Shown: positions 1 to 8,744 of the stretch, piece after piece
Position numbering within the stretch: the first letter of the stretch is position 1
How the letters are laid out: each line of letters opens with the position of its first letter
From: Candidatus Iainarchaeum sp.
GTDB taxonomy: Archaea > Iainarchaeota > Iainarchaeia > Iainarchaeales > GCA-2688035
Direction of reading: 5' to 3'
Length of the DNA stretch: 29,088 nucleotides
NCBI GenBank assembly: GCA_017610175.1
Contig: JAFCCO010000016.1
Coordinates: 1-29,088, forward strand
The notes under the pieces: model-generated
The model's database searches: none
What the model was told of the DNA's origin: nothing
What the model saw: the letters and a program-made list of their open reading frames with translations, nothing else
Translations under genes and position numbers: made by a program

Positions 1-276
1 GATTTTGCAATAGTTGAAACAATTCCGGGAGGGATAACAACAGAGGTTTTAACGCTTAACCTTACTTCACATGTTTCAAACACAGGAATCGGAGGGGACG
101 ACGAAACGAGAACCACCGGAACAAATCCCATGATTGTAACATCCGGAATCGGGGAAAGGGTTGTGTACTATGCAATGCCGCCAGAGCTCTACGCCGACCC
201 GGAGCTTGAAAGATTTGAAAAAGGAACTTACCTGCTGATGCTTGAGAATATGTATTACGGCATAATGCAGGGTTAG
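1..276 (+). CDS. Partial CDS (C-terminus), probably a distant paralog of the 411..1274 family
   Basis: Frame 1 is open from base 1 to TAG 274-276 (DFAIVETIPGG...PMIVTSGIGERVVYYAMPPE...LENMYYGIMQG*). The end resembles PAIVEKRLIIGKSIYFNYDP of the next gene. Confidence 0.75.
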   Translation, partial: DFAIVETIPGGITTEVLTLNLTSHVSNTGIGGDDETRTTGTNPMIVTSGIGERVVYYAMPPELYADPELERFEKGTYLLMLENMYYGIMQG

Positions 277-410
277 AAACTAAAGAAAAGCTTTATAAAT
301 GATAAAAGCGTTTAATTTTACGAGCCTTTCAAAGGACAAAAAAGAAAGGTTTAAATAGAATGAAAAGGAAAGATATATAACAGATTAATTGGAGAGGGTG
401 AACAAAAAAA

Positions 411-1274
411 ATGTATCCTGAAGGAGAACCAGCACCATTGCCCGCATCAGATTACGGCTATGAAAATGATATTAAATCAAAGATTACCAGAAACCTTGAA
501 GGGTTAATCCCGCTTATTTTAATTATTATAATCGCGGCCTTTTTGGGCCACAGATTCGGAGTCTGGAACATCCCGTTCCTCGGAGGATCGGAACCCGCCC
601 AGATGCTAGTAATAGGAGACCCATCAGTTAACATGATGGTACTGCTCGACCAGGATAAGGACCTGACATACTACAGAATAAGGGATGCGGCATCATTGAA
701 CGTTGCACCAGAAGAGCAGCTTGCACAATATGATATAGTGTTGCTGGACCAGCATATGGGACAAACAGCATATGAACACAGCGTAAGCAGGCAGCTTGGA
801 GAAGCCCTTGAAAACTTTGTTAGAACAGGCGGAAAGCTTGTAACAGTAATGGATTCAGGAATTTACAGAAGCGGCGGAATTTACGGAACCAGCATTGCAT
901 CCGACATAATCGGATGGAAGGCAACATTCGGTGACACAATTCCAGTGGAATGTATCAGATCAAGTGCAGATATCCCAACCTGTACAGCCCCAATCCACCT
1001 TAGGGGAAGGGTTTATAGGGAAGACTTTGACCACAAGCTGATGCAGGGAATTGAGGTTGCACCGGCTGACCCAAGGGCCCCGGCAATTGACCTCTTAACC
1101 TACGACATTAAGCCGACAGGAAACCAGATAGCTTACATCAAAAATGTAGTGACCCCGAGTTACTACCCGGCAATTGTTGAAAAGCGCCTAATCATAGGAA
1201 AAAGCATTTACTTCAACTATGATCCTGCGACTACACCGGGCGTATGGCAGAATACTCTAGAGTACCTGCGATAA
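411..1274 (+). CDS. Membrane-anchored hypothetical protein, possible class I glutamine amidotransferase-like (ThuA-like) fold
   Basis: 287 aa ORF with an N-terminal TM (LIPLILIIIIAAFLG) and a 'QLAQYDIVLLD...ALENFVRTGGKLV' pattern typical of GATase-like folds. Clear paralog at 5284..6096. Confidence 0.8.
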   Translation: MYPEGEPAPLPASDYGYENDIKSKITRNLEGLIPLILIIIIAAFLGHRFGVWNIPFLGGSEPAQMLVIGDPSVNMMVLLDQDKDLTYYRIRDAASLNVAPEEQLAQYDIVLLDQHMGQTAYEHSVSRQLGEALENFVRTGGKLVTVMDSGIYRSGGIYGTSIASDIIGWKATFGDTIPVECIRSSADIPTCTAPIHLRGRVYREDFDHKLMQGIEVAPADPRAPAIDLLTYDIKPTGNQIAYIKNVVTPSYYPAIVEKRLIIGKSIYFNYDPATTPGVWQNTLEYLR

Positions 1275-1409
1275 GCCCTCTTTCCCTTCTTTTTCTCTTT
1301 TCTTTTACCAAATAGTTTAAATAATAGTGTCGCCCTATAGTATTGAGGGGCAATCCCGGTATTCAGCATATAGGGCTTGCGCCTTAATAGGCTCGGAGGT
1401 GTCATTAAA

Positions 1410-1685
1410 ATGGCAGGAGTGGAAAACACAGTCTTTGTTGGAAAGAAAGCTACAATGAATTATGTTCTCGCTGTTGTGACTCAAATGAACCAGGGGTCAA
1501 ACGATGTTACAATAAAGGCAAGGGGAAAAGCAATCAGCAGGGCCGTTGATGTTGCCGAAATTGTGAAAAACAAGTTTGTCACAGAGGCAAAAATTGATGA
1601 TATAAAAATTGCCACCGAGGAAATAAGCACTGAAGAGGGAAACCTCCTGAAAGTGTCGGCAATCGAAATAATTCTAAAAAAGTAA
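1410..1685 (+). CDS. albA: DNA/RNA-binding protein Alba
   Basis: Motifs [28 protein letters not shown] and VSAIEI. RBS GGAGGT at 1395-1400 precedes ATG 1410. Confidence 0.97.
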   Translation: MAGVENTVFVGKKATMNYVLAVVTQMNQGSNDVTIKARGKAISRAVDVAEIVKNKFVTEAKIDDIKIATEEISTEEGNLLKVSAIEIILKK

Positions 1686-1762
1686 AAATTTAATTGAAAG
1701 GAATTTTTTTTCCTTTCAAACCTTATTTCTTTTTAAAATTTGGATTAAAAAATGGTGTTTTA

Positions 1763-2257
1763 ATGAGGGGACCAGTTTGTTCACAGGACATAAAAACAGG
1801 CAAGCTCTGTTTGATATGCGAAGCCAAGCTAAAGGCAGGGCAAATTACCGACGCCGACTTTGCAATAATGAAGGCAGTAAACAAGCTGGAGAACAAAAAG
1901 TTCCTTATATCGACAGAAATTGTTCGAGCATTTGACGTAAGCGGAATGGTTCTTGTTTTTACAAAGGGAAATGTCGGGGCCCTCATAGGCAAGGGCGGAA
2001 AAAACATCAAAAGCCTTGAGGCCACACTTGGAAAGAAAGTGAGAATTATTGAAGTTAGCCCGGAGCCAAAGGAAACAATCCAGCAGGTTCTGGGAAAAGT
2101 AAGAATCAGTGCATTAAACAAGGTCTTCAAAAGAGACGGTGAAGAGCTAAAGGTTGTTGTGGACGCAAGGGACAAGCGCAGAATTGGAAAAGTTGAAGAG
2201 CTTGAACATGTGCTAAAAGACGCGCTCAAGACCCCAATTGCAATTGAGTTTGCCTGA
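1763..2257 (+). CDS. Archaeal NusA-like KH-domain protein with N-terminal Cys motif
   Basis: KH GxxG loop (GALIGKGGKNIK..LGKKVRIIE) and N-terminal PVC...LCLIC. Start taken as ATG 1763. Confidence 0.8.
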   Translation: MRGPVCSQDIKTGKLCLICEAKLKAGQITDADFAIMKAVNKLENKKFLISTEIVRAFDVSGMVLVFTKGNVGALIGKGGKNIKSLEATLGKKVRIIEVSPEPKETIQQVLGKVRISALNKVFKRDGEELKVVVDARDKRRIGKVEELEHVLKDALKTPIAIEFA

Positions 2258-2299
2258 ATGACAGCCATTTAAATACTAGTTTGACCTATTTTTAAAAAT

Positions 2300-3202
2300 A
2301 TGAAACACGGGGCAGTGCTGCTTGCGGTTGCATTATTTTTCATTTCAGGCACCGTTGCGGGCGGGGAATGCGATCTCACAACGCTTGAAAGCGACGAGTT
2401 TTTGCTTGATTTCCAGGTGCAGGAAGACGGGACCGCGGAGATGAAAGTTACCGCAAAAATCCCATACCCCTATGACTGCATTGCTGAAAAGCAGTGGGAG
2501 GGGCTTTCCACAAACCCAAAGCAATGCGATGCAAGCCTTGTGACAGACGCGCTGTTCCGCGGATTTGATTTTTTTGTAACAAACACAGACTGCACATTCT
2601 CATACGACGGCGCAACAAGCCATTTGCTGCTTCAGACAGCTTCAATAACCGAAAAGATTGCAAAGCGAAGCGAAGGCCTTTTGGAAATAAGGTTTGATAA
2701 ATGGAGACTTGCCCCTGAAAAAGAGGGCGCAAAAAACACGCTTGGAATTGCACTCCCGGAGGGAAGCAAAATCAAGTCCTACTTCCCAATACAGAACAGC
2801 ACCAAAGATGGCACAAAAATTACGTGGAACCCAATCCCCTCAGAGGCAATAAGTATCCAGTATGAATTCACAGGGCGCGAACCAAACTACCTGCCGTTAA
2901 TCGGGCTTGGGCTTGCGGCGGCAATAATAATTGGATTTATTGGCAAAAAGATCAAAGATGAAAAAACCAGGCAGAAAAAGATTTCAGCCTTTACCCACGA
3001 GCAGGATAATGCAAACAAGGAGCTAAAGCAGCTTAAATTGTCATACCTGAAGAGAAGAATAACCGAGAAAACATACCAGGAAAAGGTTGAGAAAATAAAT
3101 ATCAGGCTTGATGAGATAAAAGTGGAAAAAGACGGGCTTGAAAGCAAAAGAAAGGGCAAAGAGAGGCTTAAAAAGATTAAAATAGAGAAAAAAATCGAAT
3201 AA
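2300..3202 (+). CDS. Hypothetical membrane protein (signal peptide, extracellular domain, TM, basic coiled-coil tail)
   Basis: 300 aa ORF with a hydrophobic N-terminus, TM LPLIGLGLAAAIIIGFIG and a K/E-rich C-terminus. TTTAAATA lies about 30 nt upstream. Confidence 0.8.
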   Translation: MKHGAVLLAVALFFISGTVAGGECDLTTLESDEFLLDFQVQEDGTAEMKVTAKIPYPYDCIAEKQWEGLSTNPKQCDASLVTDALFRGFDFFVTNTDCTFSYDGATSHLLLQTASITEKIAKRSEGLLEIRFDKWRLAPEKEGAKNTLGIALPEGSKIKSYFPIQNSTKDGTKITWNPIPSEAISIQYEFTGREPNYLPLIGLGLAAAIIIGFIGKKIKDEKTRQKKISAFTHEQDNANKELKQLKLSYLKRRITEKTYQEKVEKINIRLDEIKVEKDGLESKRKGKERLKKIKIEKKIE

Positions 3203-3282
3203 ACGGCAAAAAGAGCACAGTTTGAAATCCTAATTCTGAACGGAGGCTAATTTGCTTCCCGAAAAGGAAAGCTTTATATATA

Positions 3283-3320
3283 TCATGAGTCTATCATGAT
3301 AGTACAATGAAAACTCATGA
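3283..3320. promoter_or_regulatory. Putative operator: three TCATGA palindromes between the TATA box and the start of a wHTH gene
   Basis: TCATGA at 3283, 3294 (inside the perfect 12-bp palindrome CTATCATGATAG, 3291-3302) and 3315. TTTATATA at 3273-3280. Confidence 0.5.
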
Positions 3321-3792
3321 TTCATTCAAGGAAAGGGACGAGCTAATCAAAAAGATTTCCCCAAAATTCCATGAATTAAACATGGATATCCAGGAAATCT
3401 ACAAGCACAGCGACGACCCAATGTTTGTCTCAATGCTTTTGTTCAAGCTAGCAGAGGAAAGGGAGAAAACGAACAAGATTCTTGAAGGAATTTACGACAA
3501 ATACGACGAAATAATGCTTAGATTAAAGACTGAGAGGTTATCAAACGATACCCCCTTAACTCCAACACCCCAATCACTAGAAACCCCTACTCAAATCTTG
3601 CCAGAACAGGACCAGATGATAATGCATTTGGCCCACACGAGAGGGCACATCAGCGCAACTGATGTGAAAACAGAACTCGGATACAAGGGAAGCAACGCTG
3701 CTTCCCAGCGCTTAAATAAATTACATAAGGAAGGGCATTTAAGAAAAATACAATCCGGAAGGAAAATGCTGTATTTAGCCAGGAACCTGTAA
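3307..3792 (+). CDS. Putative transcriptional regulator (N-terminal coiled coil, C-terminal winged HTH)
   Basis: C-terminus ISATDVKTELGYKGSNAASQRLNKLHKEGHLRKIQSGRKMLY fits a wHTH pattern. Confidence 0.7.
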   Translation: MKTHDSFKERDELIKKISPKFHELNMDIQEIYKHSDDPMFVSMLLFKLAEEREKTNKILEGIYDKYDEIMLRLKTERLSNDTPLTPTPQSLETPTQILPEQDQMIMHLAHTRGHISATDVKTELGYKGSNAASQRLNKLHKEGHLRKIQSGRKMLYLARNL

Positions 3793-3901
3793 AACTTGTT
3801 TTACTCCCAACCCCCACCTCCTGCTAAATCAGCGTTCCTTCCGCCCTTAAATGCCCCCTCCTTTGCCTTCTTTTGCAAATTCAATCAATAAGGGAATTAA
3901 A

Positions 3902-4261
3902 TTAGAGCAGGCATTCCCTGCAGTCCTTACTCTTGCAAACAGCACTGGCGCCCTTCCACTTAACGGCCCAGTCCTTCATGCACTTAATTGCATCAATGAA
4001 CTCAAGGCCGGACTCTGAAAGGGAATACTCTGATTTCAGGGGAAAGGTTGAGCTGTCAACCCTTTTTTCAACCATACCCTCTTTCACAAGCCCCTTTAAG
4101 CGCAATGAAAGAATTTTGGGGGTGATGTCCTCAAACGAATTCTTTAATTCGAAATACCTTCTCCAACTGGTTTTGTGCTTGTAGAGTTCAAGCAAAATTA
4201 GCAAAGTCCACTTTTTGCCGACAAATGAAAGCAAACCATAAATGGCGCATTTCTTGTCCAT
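3902..4261 (-). CDS. HxlR-family winged-helix transcriptional regulator
   Basis: CAI...VGKKWTLLIL, RYFELK, ITPKILSLRLK.L...GMVEK and EYSLSESG, with a C-terminal Cys cluster. Confidence 0.93.
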   Translation of the reverse strand: MDKKCAIYGLLSFVGKKWTLLILLELYKHKTSWRRYFELKNSFEDITPKILSLRLKGLVKEGMVEKRVDSSTFPLKSEYSLSESGLEFIDAIKCMKDWAVKWKGASAVCKSKDCRECLL

Positions 4262-4369
4262 GCTATACTATTAGAAACTCGAACTTTTTAAATATGCAAC
4301 GATAATATAGTTAGTATCAAAAAGATAGTGTGGTTTTTGCCAGCCAAAACTGACGAAAGCAAGCTCAAA

Positions 4370-4902
4370 ACAGATGAATACTTGAAGTAGGCTACAACCT
4401 ATCTTCAAGAAAGAGGGGAGTCAAATCCCCTTGGGAAAAGAGTGCAGATGACGTAATGCCCCATATGCACTCCTGCTCTGGCGCCAGGATGGTCGAGTTC
4501 AGCAACGAACCTTCAACCGTTTCTGGTGCCAGGCAGAATTCCCAGCTGAGGCAGTGGCCGGTTCAACTAACACTGGTTTCACCAAACGCACCCTACTTCA
4601 ATGACGCGGACCTGGTGATTGCGGCAGACTGTGTTCCGTTTGCTTTTGCAAACTTTCACAGCGACCTGCTCAAAGGCAAGGCCCTTGCTATTGGGTGCCC
4701 AAAACTAGACGCTGTCCAGACATACAGTGAAAAGTTGGCCGAACTCATCAAAGCAAGCAACGTGAAAAGCATAACCGTCGCAATTCTGGAGATTCCGTGC
4801 CGCCACGGGCTGTATGCCGCGGTGGAAACCGCAGTAAACGCGTCCGGAAAAAGCGTGAAGCTTGAGAAGAAAGTAATCTCCATTCAAAGGGAACTGCAGT
4901 AA
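4370..4902 (+). pseudogene. Degraded remnant of a 4Fe-4S ferredoxin-associated protein (N-terminal Fe-S domain missing)
   Basis: ORF 4456..4902 carries LRQWPVQL, ADLVIAADCVPFA and IGCPKLD, recognised as the C-terminal domain of a ferredoxin-fused family. An upstream segment TDEYLK*ATTYLQERG (TAG 4388-4390) is in another frame. The PCC motif reads PCR. Confidence 0.65.
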
Positions 4903-4963
4903 AAGCCACAAAAAGATAGTAATAAATATCCCGAAATACTAACAGTAAACAAAGTGCATTTGA

Positions 4964-5206
4964 ATGGCTAAAGCGAAATTAATTCTTTACAGAACCCAAA
5001 CATGCCCCTGGTGCCAGCTGGCAGAAGAATTTCTAAGCGAGAAACACATCCCGTTCGAGCAAAAGGACATCGGGGAAGATGACAAGGCAAGGGCAGAAAT
5101 GATTGGAAAGTCAGGGCAAATGGCTGTCCCGGTTTTTGACATAAACGGAAAAATCATCGTTGGATTTGACGCAGACGCAATCCAAAAGGCGCTTGAAGAA
5201 AAGTAA
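4964..5206 (+). CDS. Glutaredoxin/NrdH-like redoxin
   Basis: CPWC active site and SGQMAVPV...IIVGFD. Confidence 0.93.
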   Translation: MAKAKLILYRTQTCPWCQLAEEFLSEKHIPFEQKDIGEDDKARAEMIGKSGQMAVPVFDINGKIIVGFDADAIQKALEEK

Positions 5207-5283
5207 CGCCGTAACCTACTTATCCAAATACGTGGAAAACAAAGCAAAGCTTTATATTAAAGTTAAAGATTATTATTGGTTGT

Positions 5284-6096
5284 ATGGATGAGGGAATGCC
5301 AGAGGAATCGTTTTCGCAGAAAATTCCAAAACAGCAGGCAATTATGGCCGCGGTATTGATAATTCTTCTGGCCGCAATATACCTTTCAGGCGTATGGAAA
5401 CCGGTTTTTGAGGTTTCCACAGAAAAAGTCGGGGTTTTAATTATTGGAGAGCCAAGCCCTGCATTCAAAACAGTGCTTGACGACGACGCCAGCCTCATAA
5501 ATTACACAGTTAAAATGGCTTCACAGCTTGAGCCAAACCCGTCCCAACAGCTTGAAGAATACAAGGTTGTTGTGCTTGACCAGCACGCAGGAGAAACTGT
5601 TTTTGCACACAGTGTAAGCAGGCAGGTTGGAGAGGCACTTGAAAACTTTGTTAGAACAGGCGGAACCCTGATTGTTGTGATGGACTCAGGAATTTACAGA
5701 AGCGGGCCCAATGAAAGCATTGCAAGCGATGTTGTGGGCTGGACAGCAAGCTTCGGGGATGTTGTTCCAGTTGAATGCGACACCACAATCTCAGGGCAGG
5801 GAAGCTGCCAGATCCCGATTTTTTCAACAGGCAGAATTAAGAGGGTTGACCTTTCACACAAGATAATGGAGGGCATTGAGAGTGCACCCTCAAGCGCACT
5901 GCCAAGCTACACAATTAAAACATTTGATGTGAAAGAGGCAAGCGATGTTATTGCACTGATTGAAAGTGATGAAGGGCAAACATTCCCCGCAATCCTTGAA
6001 AAGAAAAAGCTTTTGGGAAAAACCATTTACTTCAACTACGACCCGGCTTTAACCCCTGGAATTTGGCAGAACACCCTTGAATATATCAGGGGATAA
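5284..6096 (+). CDS. Membrane-anchored hypothetical protein, paralog of 411..1274
   Basis: Shares HSVSRQ.GEALENFVRTGG, VMDSGIYRSG, FGD..PVEC and YFNYDPA.TPG.WQNTLEY. N-terminal TM. TTTATATT lies about 30 nt upstream. Confidence 0.85.
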   Translation: MDEGMPEESFSQKIPKQQAIMAAVLIILLAAIYLSGVWKPVFEVSTEKVGVLIIGEPSPAFKTVLDDDASLINYTVKMASQLEPNPSQQLEEYKVVVLDQHAGETVFAHSVSRQVGEALENFVRTGGTLIVVMDSGIYRSGPNESIASDVVGWTASFGDVVPVECDTTISGQGSCQIPIFSTGRIKRVDLSHKIMEGIESAPSSALPSYTIKTFDVKEASDVIALIESDEGQTFPAILEKKKLLGKTIYFNYDPALTPGIWQNTLEYIRG

Positions 6097-6103
6097 ATTA
6101 GAA

Positions 6104-6592
6104 TCAGGCTTTCTGTTCTTTTTCTTCTTCTTCAGCAATTGCCTGAAGGCTTTTGTTTACGGTTAAAAGCATTTTCCTGCTTTTTGCAAGTTCCTTTGAG
6201 GCAAGGGCCGTTCCCTTATCTGACAGAATCAGCTCAAAGTCCCCTTTTGCAATTGTCTTTACATCAATGTCTTTTCCGTATTTCTTCCTGAGCCCTTCAA
6301 TAAGTTCCTCTTCCTTTATCACTACATTGAGTTTTGTGTTGATAAAGTTCTTTGACTTGTTAAGGTCAAGAATGTGCTTGTTTATTTCGGTCTCAATGTT
6401 TTCATCGGATTTGGCTGAGGAAAGAATCTTTATTAGGACAGGCTGAAGTCCGACCTTTTTGACGTCGTTCTCAAGCTTGGCGCGCTTTGAGCCAATTTCG
6501 TTTTTGAGCTTTTCAAAGCGGGAAATTTCGGAATCAATTTTCCTAATCAGAACCCGAAGCTTTTCCTCTTCCTGAACAAGATTTACAGCCAT
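6104..6592 (-). CDS. Hypothetical coiled-coil protein
   Basis: K/E-rich heptad-like ORF, divergent from the ATPase gene across an AT-rich spacer. Confidence 0.75.
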   Translation of the reverse strand: MAVNLVQEEEKLRVLIRKIDSEISRFEKLKNEIGSKRAKLENDVKKVGLQPVLIKILSSAKSDENIETEINKHILDLNKSKNFINTKLNVVIKEEELIEGLRKKYGKDIDVKTIAKGDFELILSDKGTALASKELAKSRKMLLTVNKSLQAIAEEEEKEQKA

Positions 6593-6651
6593 AAAAACCA
6601 ATGAGATAATGCAGGTTAAAGTTTAAATACCTTAACGGCGTTTATTGTCTT

Positions 6652-7947
6652 GTGGCTGTAAAGATTGGTGAAAAGAAATCCATTGTAGGCCGAAGCCTGA
6701 ACGACCAGGAAAAATACGGTTTTGAGGGTGCAGGGTACATTGGGAAGGTGCTGATGTCCAGGGGTGAAAATCCTGTTCTTGGAAGAAAAATCTTCATGGA
6801 CTTAACCAAACCACATCTTGTTCTTGTATGCGGAAAGCGCGGTGGCGGAAAGAGCTACACAATGGCCGTAATTCTTGAAGAATTTGCAAGGCTTCCGCTC
6901 AGCGTAAAAAACAGGCTTTCAGTTATCACAATTGACACGGTTGGAATTTTTTGGAGTTTGAAGTTTGCAAACAAAAAGAACCCAAAGGAACTTGCGGAGT
7001 GGGATTTGAAACCGCAGGAAAGCGACGTGCGCGTTCTTGTCCCAAAGGGAAAGTTGAAATTCTACCAGGAAAAGGGCTTGCCTGTTTCAGGAGCATTCAG
7101 CATCAAGGCGTCAGAGCTTGACTCGGTTGAATGGATGGCTTTGTTCAAGCTGACGTGGAAAGACCCCGAGGGAGTGCTGATTACACGAGTTGTTGAGCGC
7201 GTTAAGGAAAAACTGGGAAGCTATTACGGAATTGACGAACTTATTGCAGCAATAAAATCAGACACTGAAAGCACAAAGATTGTGCAGCAGGCACTGGTCA
7301 ACAGGCTTAATGTTGCAAAGACCTGGGGAATAATTGAAAAAGAGGGAACAAGAATTAAGGAAATTGCAAAGGCAGGGGCAATAACAATAATTGATGTAAG
7401 CGCCTACAGGCAGGCAATCGGAATGGAGGGCACAAGAGATATTATAGTTGCACTGATTGGAAAGAAATTGTTTGAGGAAAGAATGCTTTTCAGAAAGGAA
7501 GAGGAAATGAAGCTAATGAAGACAGGCAAAAGGGAGTCAGGCATGCCGATTGTATGGATGCTGATTGATGAGGCACACATGTTCATGCCAAGGGATGAAA
7601 AGAACCTTGCACTGCAGGTGCTTTTGGAGTGGGTGCGTGTTGGAAGGCAGCCGGGGTTAAGTTTACTGCTTGCAACCCAGCGGCCAGGCAAGCTTCATCC
7701 GGATGCAATAAGCCAGTGTGACCTGTTTATTTCACACAGGATGACCTCGCAGCCGGACATTGATGCCGTTGCTGCCATAAGCCCAAGCTACATGCACCAG
7801 GATATAGGGCACTTGTATTCTGAGATGCCGCGAAGCAAGGGTTATGCTTTGATTATTGACGACAACAGTGAAAAAATCTGGATGGTCAAGATAAGGCCAA
7901 GGTTTTCGTGGGACGCAGGGGTCACAGCTTCCGCTTTCACAAGGTAG
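6652..7947 (+). CDS. HerA/FtsK-superfamily (DUF87-like) P-loop ATPase
   Basis: HLVLVCGKRGGGKS (Walker A), LIDEAH (Walker B), GRQ arginine-finger region and ATQRP motif. Confidence 0.9.
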   Translation: MAVKIGEKKSIVGRSLNDQEKYGFEGAGYIGKVLMSRGENPVLGRKIFMDLTKPHLVLVCGKRGGGKSYTMAVILEEFARLPLSVKNRLSVITIDTVGIFWSLKFANKKNPKELAEWDLKPQESDVRVLVPKGKLKFYQEKGLPVSGAFSIKASELDSVEWMALFKLTWKDPEGVLITRVVERVKEKLGSYYGIDELIAAIKSDTESTKIVQQALVNRLNVAKTWGIIEKEGTRIKEIAKAGAITIIDVSAYRQAIGMEGTRDIIVALIGKKLFEERMLFRKEEEMKLMKTGKRESGMPIVWMLIDEAHMFMPRDEKNLALQVLLEWVRVGRQPGLSLLLATQRPGKLHPDAISQCDLFISHRMTSQPDIDAVAAISPSYMHQDIGHLYSEMPRSKGYALIIDDNSEKIWMVKIRPRFSWDAGVTASAFTR

Positions 7948-8650
7948 ACTGGAATCCGATTTTTTCGACACACTCGCCCTTGCACGCCCTGCACAGCAAA
8001 TCAAGCCTCTTAAGCTTTTCAGAATCAGCGGCAACGCGAAGCATTCTTGGGGTGTGCCAGAAAACACGCAGCTTGCTTGAATCAAACAAAAGGTTTCTTG
8101 AAATTCGCTTTTCAAAAAGGTGCTTGAGCAGTTCCTGCAATCTGCCGGCTTCAACCAAAACAGAGCCGGTTCCCTTCCCGAGTTTCAGTTCATCGGCAAC
8201 CTCGTTCAAGTCAATTGTCCCAATAAACTGTGGCTTGAGCTCAAAGCCCTTTATTGAAAACAGATCAGCCAGCTCCCCAAAAAATGAGGCGCTTGCCTTT
8301 GAATTTGGAAAAGTGTAAGCCCTGCTGTTTCTAAAAGACTCAATAAAGTGGTTTGCGTCCCCCACATCAAGCGAGATTGATTCAAGAAAGCCCGTTAGTT
8401 CCTCAACAAGCTGCACGGTTTCCTTCCAGGATGAAAGGCTTTGCTTCTCCCTTACAATTGACTCAAAATCTGCAGCCAACACGGGCTTTTCAGCTACTGC
8501 GGCCTCAAGTTTTTTAAGCAAGCCTACGGCTTCGCTGAAACTTGAAGCAGTTTCTTTAAGTTCGGTAAAACCCTTCTGCGCCTTGAACAGGTTTTTCCCA
8601 AAACTCTTCACATTGTTTGCAAATTCTCCCTTATTGATGGTCCCCACCAC
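7937..8650 (-). CDS. Hypothetical protein
   Basis: 237 aa ORF convergent with and overlapping the ATPase stop. C-terminal CRAC..EC. Confidence 0.7.
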   Translation of the reverse strand: MVGTINKGEFANNVKSFGKNLFKAQKGFTELKETASSFSEAVGLLKKLEAAVAEKPVLAADFESIVREKQSLSSWKETVQLVEELTGFLESISLDVGDANHFIESFRNSRAYTFPNSKASASFFGELADLFSIKGFELKPQFIGTIDLNEVADELKLGKGTGSVLVEAGRLQELLKHLFEKRISRNLLFDSSKLRVFWHTPRMLRVAADSEKLKRLDLLCRACKGECVEKIGFQSTL

Positions 8651-8744
8651 TAGCTAAGTATATAGCCCAAAGCCTTATTTATGCTTTGCCGTGCAAATCC
8701 CTTTAAATTTAAAGCTTTCCACCCACGACTTATTAAGTGGTTTT

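Noticed and set aside
1723-2268. Long antisense ORFs (this one, also 16663..17115, 19584..20162, 26864..27376)
   Set aside because: Shadows of well-supported genes on the opposite strand, with no recognisable motifs.
3800-3880. C/T-rich tract (G-rich on minus), possible G-quadruplex
   Set aside because: G-runs are irregular. Adequately explained as a terminator region between convergent genes.
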